Shown: piece by piece, positions 55,796 through 64,000 of the stretch
Numbering within the stretch: position 1 is the stretch's first letter
Layout of the letters: each line of letters opens with the position of its first letter
Assembly: GCA_964489445.1 (NCBI GenBank)
Contig: CAZAYU010000002.1
Coordinates: 77,020-141,019, forward strand
Reading direction: 5' to 3'
Source: an uncultured Planctomycetia bacterium
GTDB lineage: Bacteria; Omnitrophota; Gorgyraeia; Duberdicusellales; 4484-171
DNA: 64,000 bases
Translations under genes and position numbers: made by a program
The notes under the pieces: generated by a model
The model's database searches: none
What the model was told of the DNA's origin: nothing
The model's input: only the letters and a program-made list of their open reading frames with translations

Positions 55796-58549
55796 ATGAT
55801 TTTTTTTACGATAGGCGCAAGCTTAATCTATTGGTTATTTTCTGCATCAGTAAACTATTTTGTTTTATCCAATAAGACTTTCCTGAACGAAATTTTCAAT
55901 CCTAACCTTGAAGAAGTTATAACTCGTTTGACGGCAGTTTTTTTCTTAATTATGTCTTGTGCATATTCTCGGGTTATTTTTAATAAACGGCGGAGTATTG
56001 AAAAGCAGTTAAATGATGACTATGATTTAATTCCGTTAGTTTTGGATAAAATTAATTCACTGGTAGCAGTTTTTGATTCTTTGGGCAGAATAGTCAGATT
56101 TAATCGTGCTTGTGAGCAATTGACTGGATACACATTTGAGGAAGTGCGCGGAAAATACTTTTGGAAAATATTTTTAAGCGAAAAAGATGCGGATGAAGTC
56201 AAAATTAAGTTAATGAAAATAAAAACAGGAAATTTTCCAAAAGAATATGAGGAGCACTGGCTAACTAAAGAGGGTAGCTGTCGGCTGATAAAATGGTCTA
56301 ATACCGTAGTATTTAGCGAGAAAGAAGAGAAAAGGTATGTAATCAGTGCTGGCATTGATATCTCCGCCCATCAACATGTAGAAGAGTTTTTAAAAAAATC
56401 AGAAAAAGAGTATAAGGATATAATTGAGAATATCGGTATTGGCATTTCGTTTATTTCTGCGGACAGGAAAGTAGCATACATGAATAAGCAGATGGAGGCG
56501 TGGTTTCCGTCGAGAAGTGTTTTAGGTAGCTCACCCTGCCACAGCATTATTAGTGGTACCGATAAACAGGTCTGTACTGAATGTCCGACTTGTTTGGTTT
56601 TAAAAGACGGAAAAACTCACGAAGCGATAATTAAAATTTCTCTGGAAGAAAAAATATTACCTTGCAAGGTAGTGTCTTTTCCGGTTGAAAACCGACAGGG
56701 AAAAGTTGTGGCAGTAATAGAAACAATTGAAGACTTTACCGAAGTTGATAAGCGCGAGTCTGAAACTCGATATAAGTTTTTTGTGCAGGCAGTTTTAAAT
56801 TCATTATTACGCTTTTCTTTAGAAAATATTTCCTTAGATGGTTTTTTAAAGTGTGCTTTAAACGTCATTTTAACTGCCCCTATTTTCTCATCTTCATCGA
56901 TTGGATCGATATCTATTATCGACGACAAGACCAATACTTTAGCGCTAAAGGCTCAGAATCAAAATTCACAAATATTCCAGAAGCAGATTAAAGAAAATAA
57001 TTTAGTAAAGAAGCTACAGGATAGAGCGCTATCTACGGGGAAAATGCAATTTTCTGTTATGCTTTCGGTTTTTCCTGATTCCCGAAATAAACAAAAGAAC
57101 CAGTGTGGATACTATGCTGTTCCTATTTTATATGGAAATAATGTGTTAGGGGTTATTGATTTATATTTTGATGAAAACCAGCGGAAAGGCAAACGAGAAG
57201 AAGAGTTTTTTATTGCTTTGGTCAGTACATTGGCTGGGATTATCCACCATAAGAAATTCGAATCTAGGCTAAGAAAGACTAATGAATGTTTTGCTAGCCT
57301 AGGGGTTGATCCGCATAGTAATATTAAAAATCTTGTAAAATTATGTGGCGAGGTTTTAGGAGCCACTTCGGTGTTCTATAACTGCCTAACTCCTCAAGAG
57401 GATCAATTTTATAGTGCTGGATGCTATAACTCAGACTTTCATTATATTGAAAAGTTTGAAGCTTTCGGGAGTGTAGGCTATGATTTAATTAATAAGCAAC
57501 AAAAAGAACCGCTAGTGATAAATAACTTTTCTAAAACTATTTACGCAAAAACAGACGCTTGTTATTTGAATTACAAGTTTCAATCATATGTTGGGCAGGT
57601 TGTTGAGTCGCGAGGAGTTTTAACCGGGGTGCTAAATATTATTTTTCAAAGTGAATTTAACCTAGGAGAGGAAGATCGAAGGTTTTTAAGCGTTATTAGA
57701 TTAGCAATTGGTGTGGAAGAAGAAAGGATAAGTGCTAGTGATGAATTACAAGAAGCATATTCCAAACTAAAGGAAGCTCAACAAGGGTTGGTTCAATCAG
57801 AAAAATTAGCTGCTTTAGGAAGATTCTCTTCCGGTGTAGCCCATGAAGTAAAGAATCCTTTGGGAGTAATTTTAGGAGGCATAGAGTTCTTAGAAAAGAA
57901 ATTAGCTTCTAGTGATGCGATTGTGATCACTGCCATGAAAAAGATCAAAGAGTCTACTCTTAGGGCAGATAGTATAGTTCGTAATTTATTAAAATTTGCG
58001 ATGCCTTCGGAAGCTAAAAAAATAAAATTACGTCCCCAAGAGTTAATAAACGATACACTAGCTTTGTTAAAATATCGTGTTCCGCTAATAAATATTGATA
58101 TCAAAACTGATTTTTCTAAGGAAAATATTTATATTGAGGTTGATAAAAATCAATTAGGACAGGTATTGTTTAACGTGCTTATAAATGCTATAGAGGCAAT
58201 GGCTAAAAGAGGGAAAATAAAAATTAAAACTTATAAAACCATTATTAAAGAGTTTTCTTCTACTAAGGAAGTTTGTATTATAGAAATTAACGATAATGGG
58301 GAAGGGGTGTCCAAAGAAGATTTGCCTAAGTTATTTGAGCCATTCTTTACTACCAAAAGAGATAAAAAAGGAACTGGACTAGGATTATCAATGTCTAAGA
58401 TGATTGTTGAAAATCATAAAGGGTCTTTGTTAATTGAAAGTGAAGCGGGTAGAGGGACTATGGTGAAAGTAATTTTGCCGTATGTTGAGTGTAAGGATGA
58501 CGAACTTAATAGTAACTTAAGAACTAATGAAAAAAATATTAGTAATTGA
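55796..58549 (+). CDS. Multi-sensor histidine kinase (PAS/GAF plus HisKA plus HATPase_c) with a Cys cluster in a sensor domain.
   Basis: N-terminal transmembrane segments; a PAS-like segment with PCHS...CTECPTC at about nt 56536..56600; H-box VAHEVKNPL; G-boxes GTGLGL. Confidence 0.8.
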   Translation: MIFFTIGASLIYWLFSASVNYFVLSNKTFLNEIFNPNLEEVITRLTAVFFLIMSCAYSRVIFNKRRSIEKQLNDDYDLIPLVLDKINSLVAVFDSLGRIVRFNRACEQLTGYTFEEVRGKYFWKIFLSEKDADEVKIKLMKIKTGNFPKEYEEHWLTKEGSCRLIKWSNTVVFSEKEEKRYVISAGIDISAHQHVEEFLKKSEKEYKDIIENIGIGISFISADRKVAYMNKQMEAWFPSRSVLGSSPCHSIISGTDKQVCTECPTCLVLKDGKTHEAIIKISLEEKILPCKVVSFPVENRQGKVVAVIETIEDFTEVDKRESETRYKFFVQAVLNSLLRFSLENISLDGFLKCALNVILTAPIFSSSSIGSISIIDDKTNTLALKAQNQNSQIFQKQIKENNLVKKLQDRALSTGKMQFSVMLSVFPDSRNKQKNQCGYYAVPILYGNNVLGVIDLYFDENQRKGKREEEFFIALVSTLAGIIHHKKFESRLRKTNECFASLGVDPHSNIKNLVKLCGEVLGATSVFYNCLTPQEDQFYSAGCYNSDFHYIEKFEAFGSVGYDLINKQQKEPLVINNFSKTIYAKTDACYLNYKFQSYVGQVVESRGVLTGVLNIIFQSEFNLGEEDRRFLSVIRLAIGVEEERISASDELQEAYSKLKEAQQGLVQSEKLAALGRFSSGVAHEVKNPLGVILGGIEFLEKKLASSDAIVITAMKKIKESTLRADSIVRNLLKFAMPSEAKKIKLRPQELINDTLALLKYRVPLINIDIKTDFSKENIYIEVDKNQLGQVLFNVLINAIEAMAKRGKIKIKTYKTIIKEFSSTKEVCIIEINDNGEGVSKEDLPKLFEPFFTTKRDKKGTGLGLSMSKMIVENHKGSLLIESEAGRGTMVKVILPYVECKDDELNSNLRTNEKNISN

Positions 58550-58901
58550 TGATGAAGAAGATCTAACATTCTTTGTAAAAGCTAACCTAGAATTATCTGG
58601 TGATTACGAAGTTTTTGTGGCTACCAGTGGAAAGGAAGGCATACGCGCAGCCATACGTAGCAATCCTGATATAATACTTCTGGATATTATGATGCCTCGC
58701 ATGGATGGGTTTGAGGTTATCAGAAAACTAAAGAAAAACAGAAAAACATCAGGTATACCGGTTATAATGCTTACAGCTAAGGGAGACGAAGACTCTCGGA
58801 TGAAATCCGCTAGCTTACACAGTGAAGGATTTATTGTTAAGCCGGTACAGGTGGATTTTTTAAGGTCAAGCATTGAAGAGATACTTAAGGAAAGAAAATA
58901 A
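58527..58901 (+). CDS. Single-domain response regulator (CheY-like receiver).
   Basis: ILVIDDEED...IILLDIMMP...IMLTAKGD. Overlaps the kinase stop. Confidence 0.8.
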   Translation: MKKILVIDDEEDLTFFVKANLELSGDYEVFVATSGKEGIRAAIRSNPDIILLDIMMPRMDGFEVIRKLKKNRKTSGIPVIMLTAKGDEDSRMKSASLHSEGFIVKPVQVDFLRSSIEEILKERK

Positions 58902-58931
58902 AGCCAAGCTATTTATAATAATAGTAAAATA

Positions 58932-59318
58932 ATGAAGGGTGTTTTTTCGTGGAAAGTTGTTTTGTTGTATTCGTTATTAATTGTATTTTTTTCTACTATC
59001 CCACTTACAATCTCTGAAAGTTTAAGTTTTCCTTTGTCGGATAAATTATTTCATTTATTGATTTATTTTTTTTTATCATTAGAAGTTACAAATACTTTTT
59101 TAATTTCAAACCATAAGATCTTTATTCTTAGATTAAAGATGGGTAATTTTGTTAAGAAAAGAGTTTGTGCCCAGCTAGTCGGGTTTTTCTATGCTTTTTT
59201 TCTGGGTTTGTTGGTTGAAGTGGTCCAGCTGTGTTTGCCATTTAGAAATTTTGAGGCAGCAGATATTTTATCCAATGTTAGTGGAAGCCTATTGGGTTGC
59301 TTGGTAAAAATAATTTAA
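58932..59318 (+). CDS. VanZ-like family membrane protein.
   Basis: Four hydrophobic helices and the C-terminal DxxxNxxGxxxG-like motif (ADILSNVSGSLLG). Confidence 0.55.
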   Translation: MKGVFSWKVVLLYSLLIVFFSTIPLTISESLSFPLSDKLFHLLIYFFLSLEVTNTFLISNHKIFILRLKMGNFVKKRVCAQLVGFFYAFFLGLLVEVVQLCLPFRNFEAADILSNVSGSLLGCLVKII

Positions 59319-59319
59319 A

Positions 59320-60051
59320 ATGCTAATGTCTATAAAAAAAATACTTATATTTGTTTTTATTCTGCCAGCTCTTTTATCTTCCCCGTTTTTACAAGCAGCA
59401 AGTATTGAAAGCCGAATAGGAGACAAAAATATCTTACGTTATAAAGTGAGTTTTAACGGAATTCCTTCCGGAATAATAAACTGGCAATATCTTGGGCAAG
59501 AAGTTCTTGGGGGAGTTGACGTTGACGTGTTAAGAGTGACGTCTAATGCAAAAATAATGAATCTTTTAAATTTAGAGAGTGATGAGAGAGTTTTCTTAGA
59601 AAGCAAAACATCTCTTCCCTTGAAAGTGGAAAGAGATTTAAAAGTGTTTGGTAAAAAAGAAGTGATTAAGGAAGTGTACAATCAAAAAGAAGGTTACGTA
59701 GAGTTGATTAACAAGACAACAGAGGTGAAAAAAAGCACTATTTATCAAGATAAACCAATACAAAATATCTTAGCACTTCTGTATTTTTTTCCGGATGATA
59801 TAAAATTAATTTCCGGAAAATGGATGAATTTTAATCTTCCGACTTGTAAAATAAGAATAAAATTCATAAAAGAGAGAATCCTAAATATTGGAAAAGAAAA
59901 AATAAATACTTATTTTTTAATTGGCCGAGGGGCAAAAAGATTTAGTCTCTGGCTAGATAAAAAAACCAAGCTTCCTCTTAGACTAGAATTTATTTCTTTT
60001 GCCGGAAAAATTACTATTATTCGCGATGAGACTCCAGTGGATAGTCAGTAA
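59320..60051 (+). CDS. Exported hypothetical protein, DUF3108-like.
   Basis: Signal peptide, then YKVSFNGIPSG, as seen in DUF3108 proteins. Weak. Confidence 0.4.
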   Translation: MLMSIKKILIFVFILPALLSSPFLQAASIESRIGDKNILRYKVSFNGIPSGIINWQYLGQEVLGGVDVDVLRVTSNAKIMNLLNLESDERVFLESKTSLPLKVERDLKVFGKKEVIKEVYNQKEGYVELINKTTEVKKSTIYQDKPIQNILALLYFFPDDIKLISGKWMNFNLPTCKIRIKFIKERILNIGKEKINTYFLIGRGAKRFSLWLDKKTKLPLRLEFISFAGKITIIRDETPVDSQ

Positions 60052-60084
60052 GCCTCAAAAAACGGATTTTTAATTTTAGGGTTA

Positions 60085-60846
60085 TCAAGGAAAGACTTTT
60101 GTGGCAAATACTAGCCAACCAGTATGACAAGGCATTCTTTGTTCAGGTCGAGTTTTCCCCCGCCTTACTAATATTTTTCTTAACAAAATTTCCATAGTTT
60201 CAATATTTACAAATCCCTTATCCTCAAGAGCAAATACGAATTTAGTCAACTGTTCAAATGTAGGGCAAATAGATGCTAGGCGGCATCCACCTTTTAATGA
60301 TTTATAAGCAGCATCGATTAATTCCCATTGGCTTCCGATGTCAATCATTACAAAGTCTACTTCTTTTTCCGGGAATTCATCATGTATCTCAGCATGATTA
60401 AATTCTACCCACTGGCTTAATTGATTTTTTTCTAAGTTTTTTTGGGCGTTATCCAGAAATTCTTTATTTCGTTCATAGCTGAAAACTTTTCCGGTAGGTC
60501 GGACAAAATTAGCTAAAGCAGTAGTTAAGGCACCGCTTCCAATGCCTGATTCAATTACTTTAGCACCGGGAAATATATGTGCACGGGTTATTATTATTCC
60601 TATGTCTTTTGGATATAAAATCTGAGTTTTTCGCCTAACTTTCATGATCATTTCATGTAAATATGGCCTTAATATATAAAACGGGAGGTCAAGATTAGTT
60701 TTGACTTTTTCACCAAACTGTTTTCCAACTAAAGTATTAATCTTTATAAAACCTTTATCGGTGTGCAAGGTTCTATCATCTACCTTTAGGAGGAAATTTC
60801 TTTTTTCATCATTATACAAAAATACAAGATCACCTGTTTTTACCAT
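60085..60846 (-). CDS. trmI: tRNA (adenine-N1)-methyltransferase, TrmI/GCD14 family.
   Basis: SAM-MTase motif I VIESGIGSGALT and the N-terminal TrmI beta domain. Confidence 0.7.
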   Translation of the reverse strand: MVKTGDLVFLYNDEKRNFLLKVDDRTLHTDKGFIKINTLVGKQFGEKVKTNLDLPFYILRPYLHEMIMKVRRKTQILYPKDIGIIITRAHIFPGAKVIESGIGSGALTTALANFVRPTGKVFSYERNKEFLDNAQKNLEKNQLSQWVEFNHAEIHDEFPEKEVDFVMIDIGSQWELIDAAYKSLKGGCRLASICPTFEQLTKFVFALEDKGFVNIETMEILLRKILVRRGKTRPEQRMPCHTGWLVFATKVFP

Positions 60847-61105
60847 AGAATAGATTATAGCTTGATTTTTTTATTAATCAACCTGATTAATTTTGTATAG
60901 GTAAGATTGTAATCAAAGGTGAATTCTTTTTTTAGTGTTTAAATAATATTTAATTGCTTGTTTTTGGTAATACAATAAAAGTAAGACACGCATAGTGTTA
61001 ATTTGTTATCATTTTTTAACCTTTCCGCGAATTTAAATACTTCTTGCAAAACAATATGGTTTGTACTAAACTTTTCCTAAGATATTTCACCTTAAAAATT
61101 AAAAA

Positions 61106-62302
61106 ATGAAGTATATAGTTATTATTCCAGATGGAGCGGCAGATTATCCTATAGATATTTTAGGAGGTAAAACTCCCCTAGAGGCAGCGGATACTCCTTA
61201 TATGGATGCTTTGGCCCAGCAAGGTTTATTAGGAAGGGTAAAAACGGTTCCTAAAGGTTTTATTCCTTCTAGCGATGTTGCTAATTTATCTTTACTTGGG
61301 TATGATCCTAATGTTTATTATACAGGAAGAGGGCCTCTGGAAGCTGCTAACTTAGGTGTTGAGATAGGCAAAGATGACCTAGCGTTTCGCTGCAATTTGA
61401 TTACTGAGTCTGAAGGCATGCTTCTTGATTATAGCGCTGGGCATATTACTGACAAAGAAGCCAGAATTATCATGGAGGTTATCGGAAAAAGACTAGGAAC
61501 GGAAACAATAGAGTTTTTTTTCGGCACTAGCTATCGTAATCTAATGGTAATTAGAAATGTAAGCAATTTACAACTAGATAAGTTAAAGTTTTTTGCTCCT
61601 CATGATATTATAAGGAAGAGCATTAAAAAACACCTTCCTCGGGGCAAGAATAGCAATATTATCAATAAACTCATGGAAAGTTCAAAAGAGATTTTAGAAG
61701 GGCATGAAATCAATAAAGTGAGGGTCGATTTAGGTGAAAATCCAGCAAATATGATTTGGCTATGGGGCTGTGGCGGTAAGCCAGAAATGCCTTCCTTCGA
61801 AAATAAATTCGGATTTAAAGGAGCAGTTGTCTCTGCGGTAGATTTAATAAAAGGAATTGGAAGAATAATCAAGTTTAGAGTTCTAGATGTCGAAGGTGCT
61901 AATGGTTATTATGATACGAATTATCAAGGTAAAGCAGAAGCGGCGTTAAAATCTTTAGAGGACTTGGATTTTGTGTTTTTACACGTTGAAGCAACAGATG
62001 AGGCTGGGCATAATCAGGATTTACGAATGAAAATGACTTGCCTGGAAAGGATAGATAGATTAGTTGTTGGCACGTTGGTAAAACAATTAAAAGGAAAAGA
62101 TTGCCGATTTTTAATAACTCCGGATCATCCTACTCCTGTATTATTAAGAACTCACACTGATGAGCCTGTACCGTTTATAATTTCCGGGACAGGGATAAGT
62201 GGTGGAAAATTCTCCGCTTATTCTGAAGCAGAAGCTCAAAATAGCTCATTATATTTCGACAAGGGTTCGGATTTGCTTAACTACTTTTTGAAAAATGAAT
62301 AA
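61106..62302 (+). CDS. apgM: Cofactor-independent phosphoglycerate mutase, archaeal-type (ApgM family).
   Basis: MKYIVIIPDGAAD N-terminus and the metalloenzyme-superfamily motifs (HVEATDEAGH). Confidence 0.75.
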   Translation: MKYIVIIPDGAADYPIDILGGKTPLEAADTPYMDALAQQGLLGRVKTVPKGFIPSSDVANLSLLGYDPNVYYTGRGPLEAANLGVEIGKDDLAFRCNLITESEGMLLDYSAGHITDKEARIIMEVIGKRLGTETIEFFFGTSYRNLMVIRNVSNLQLDKLKFFAPHDIIRKSIKKHLPRGKNSNIINKLMESSKEILEGHEINKVRVDLGENPANMIWLWGCGGKPEMPSFENKFGFKGAVVSAVDLIKGIGRIIKFRVLDVEGANGYYDTNYQGKAEAALKSLEDLDFVFLHVEATDEAGHNQDLRMKMTCLERIDRLVVGTLVKQLKGKDCRFLITPDHPTPVLLRTHTDEPVPFIISGTGISGGKFSAYSEAEAQNSSLYFDKGSDLLNYFLKNE

Positions 62303-63542
62303 ACAAAAAAAATATTTTAAAAATAAATTAGTTATTCAAAAATATGGTGGCAGTTCGGTGGGAAATGTTGCTAAGATAAAAAATGCTGCTAATAGAATAA
62401 TTACGTATGTCAAACAGGGGAAAGGTGTGGTAGCTGTTGTTTCGGCCATGGGCGATACTACCAACGAGCTGATTGGTTTGGCTAAAGAAATTAGCCCTCG
62501 ACCTTCTTCTCGGGAAATGGACATGTTAATCTCAACTGGTGAACAGATATCTTGCGCATTATTGGCGATGGCTATTCATAAAAAAGGGTTTGACGCGGTT
62601 TCATTTACCGGATCACAAGTTGGAATAATTACAGACACCTATCATACTCAAGCAAAGATTTTAAATATTGAAGCTGACCGAATAAAGAAAAGCTTAAGAA
62701 AAGGAAAAGTTGTTATTGTAGCCGGGTTCCAAGGCTTGAGTACTTCTGCGGAGATAACTACTTTAGGCCGGGGTGGTTCGGATTTAAGCGCGGTGGCTTT
62801 AGCTGTGGTGCTTAAGGCTGATGTGTGTGAAATTTATACTGATGTTGAGGGCATATATACTGCTGATCCGCGAATTGTTCCGGAAGCTAAAAAGTTAAAA
62901 TGTATAACGTTTGATGAGATGCTTGAGCTTGCTTCTCGGGGAGCTCAAGTTATGCATACTCGCGCGGTAGAAGTAGCAAAAAAATTTAACATTCCTTTGT
63001 GTGTTCGAGGAAGTTTTTCGAAAAAGGAGGGGACAACTATTATGGAGAGATCATCATCTATCGAAGAGTCGGTAGTAAGAGGTGTAACTCTTGCTACTAA
63101 TGAAGCAAAAGTAACATTATGCAATGTGTATGATGCTCCGGGCGTTGCGGCGCGAATATTTAACGAATTAGCCAGTGAAAATGTTAATGTAGATATGATT
63201 GTTCAAAATGTAAGTCACAAAAGAACAACTGATATTTCGTTTACTGTTCCCAAAAATGATTTGGCGAAGACATTGAAGGTTTCTAAAAGTATTTCTAAGA
63301 GTATAAAAGTGGGGCAAACTGGCGTGGATGAAAATATTGCTAAAGTTTCTGTTGTTGGTGTAGGGATGAAATCACACTCAGGAGTAGCAGCAAAATGTTT
63401 TTCAATTCTGGCTAAAAATAAAATCAATATTGATATGATTTCTACTTCGGAAATTAGCATCTCTTGTGTGGTGAAAAAGGATTCCGGTAGAAAAGCGTTA
63501 AAAGCTTTGCACAGTGCGTTTAAATTAGAAAAAATAAAATAA
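62295..63542 (+). CDS. lysC: Aspartate kinase with tandem ACT domains.
   Basis: KYGGSSV start, kinase core, and two C-terminal ACT repeats. Confidence 0.85.
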   Translation: MNKQKKYFKNKLVIQKYGGSSVGNVAKIKNAANRIITYVKQGKGVVAVVSAMGDTTNELIGLAKEISPRPSSREMDMLISTGEQISCALLAMAIHKKGFDAVSFTGSQVGIITDTYHTQAKILNIEADRIKKSLRKGKVVIVAGFQGLSTSAEITTLGRGGSDLSAVALAVVLKADVCEIYTDVEGIYTADPRIVPEAKKLKCITFDEMLELASRGAQVMHTRAVEVAKKFNIPLCVRGSFSKKEGTTIMERSSSIEESVVRGVTLATNEAKVTLCNVYDAPGVAARIFNELASENVNVDMIVQNVSHKRTTDISFTVPKNDLAKTLKVSKSISKSIKVGQTGVDENIAKVSVVGVGMKSHSGVAAKCFSILAKNKINIDMISTSEISISCVVKKDSGRKALKALHSAFKLEKIK

Positions 63543-63563
63543 GACACTATTTTTGGAGTTAAT

Positions 63564-64000
63564 ATGAAAACTATACAAATATACGACACAACATTACGTG
63601 ATGGATCACAAACAGAAGGTATTTCTTTTTCTTGCCAAGATAAAATAATGCTCGCTAAAAGATTTGATGACTTTGGTATTGGTTTTATTGAAGGTGGTTG
63701 GCCATATTCTAATCCTAAAGATCAGGAGCTTTTTTCTTATTTTAGAAAAAACAAATTAAAGAAAAGCAAGTTAGTCCCTTTTGGATCGACAGCCCATCCG
63801 TTAAATCTTGCTAAAAATGACAAAAATCTTATCAGTCTAATTAAAGCTGATACTGAATATGTGACTATTTTTGGGAAAACTTGGGATTTACATGTGCGGG
63901 AAGTGTTAAGGATAAGCTTGGAAGATAATCTAAGAATAATTTTTGAGAGTGTAAATTTTTTAAAGAAAAAAAAGAAAAAAGTATTTTATGATGCTGAACA
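63564..64000 (+). CDS. 2-isopropylmalate/citramalate synthase family protein. The 3' end is truncated by the window.
   Basis: IYDTTLRDGSQ HMGL-like N-terminus. Only about 145 aa lie in the window. Confidence 0.75.
   Translation, partial: MKTIQIYDTTLRDGSQTEGISFSCQDKIMLAKRFDDFGIGFIEGGWPYSNPKDQELFSYFRKNKLKKSKLVPFGSTAHPLNLAKNDKNLISLIKADTEYVTIFGKTWDLHVREVLRISLEDNLRIIFESVNFLKKKKKKVFYDAE

Noticed and set aside
1-64000. tRNA, rRNA and mobile-element genes.
   Set aside because: No intergenic region contains a tRNA-like cloverleaf (for example GTTCGAAT-type T-loops). There are no rRNA-like conserved stretches. No ORF has transposase, integrase or recombinase motifs.

Overview
This is a 64-kb, AT-rich bacterial chromosomal segment (roughly mid-30s % GC by eye) with very dense coding. 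It contains no rRNA or tRNA genes, no CRISPR array and no transposase or integrase. The gene content points to a diderm lineage: Lol (LolC/E + LolD), Lpt (LptF/G) and Mla (MlaEFD) envelope systems sit alongside gene orders typical of Firmicutes-like genomes (mcsA-mcsB-clpC; tmk-holB-ricT-metG-tatD). That combination is compatible with an uncultivated lineage such as Omnitrophota, but the lineage cannot be assigned from sequence alone.

The dominant feature is one uninterrupted reading frame of at least 15.9 kb (nt 89..15991, 5300 aa). Its frame is still open at the left window edge, so the gene may be longer. It has no signal peptide and no adhesin-like beta repeats. Instead it carries a mosaic of cytoplasmic-type modules recognisable by motif:
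- DNA-binding: sigma-70 region-2-like, LuxR-type HTH, two tandem Fis-type HTHs and a sigma-70 region-4-like HTH.
- Enzymatic: an HD phosphohydrolase motif, three GNAT-like acetyltransferase cores and a minimal Pol-beta-type nucleotidyltransferase motif.
- A C-terminal radical-SAM-like CxxxCxxC...NEP...TTRG segment.
- An internal cluster of hydrophobic, possibly transmembrane, segments.
- A 35-aa motif present twice, and a recurrent V/G-SSS-A short motif.

This is the candidate undescribed system. It may be a fused defence or toxin-antitoxin-like enzymatic megaprotein or a polyprotein, but both readings are speculative.

Downstream of the giant gene lie:
- a PilZ-domain gene;
- an Opp/Dpp-type ABC importer without a substrate-binding protein gene;
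- a split methionine synthase;
- a two-gene secreted cassette (a Cys-rich exported protein plus an HExxH metallopeptidase) bracketed by copies of a composite intergenic repeat;
- many housekeeping genes.

The composite intergenic repeat consists of a GA-rich tract, a CCACCTTSAAGGTGGAAGATGG palindrome and a CT-rich tract.
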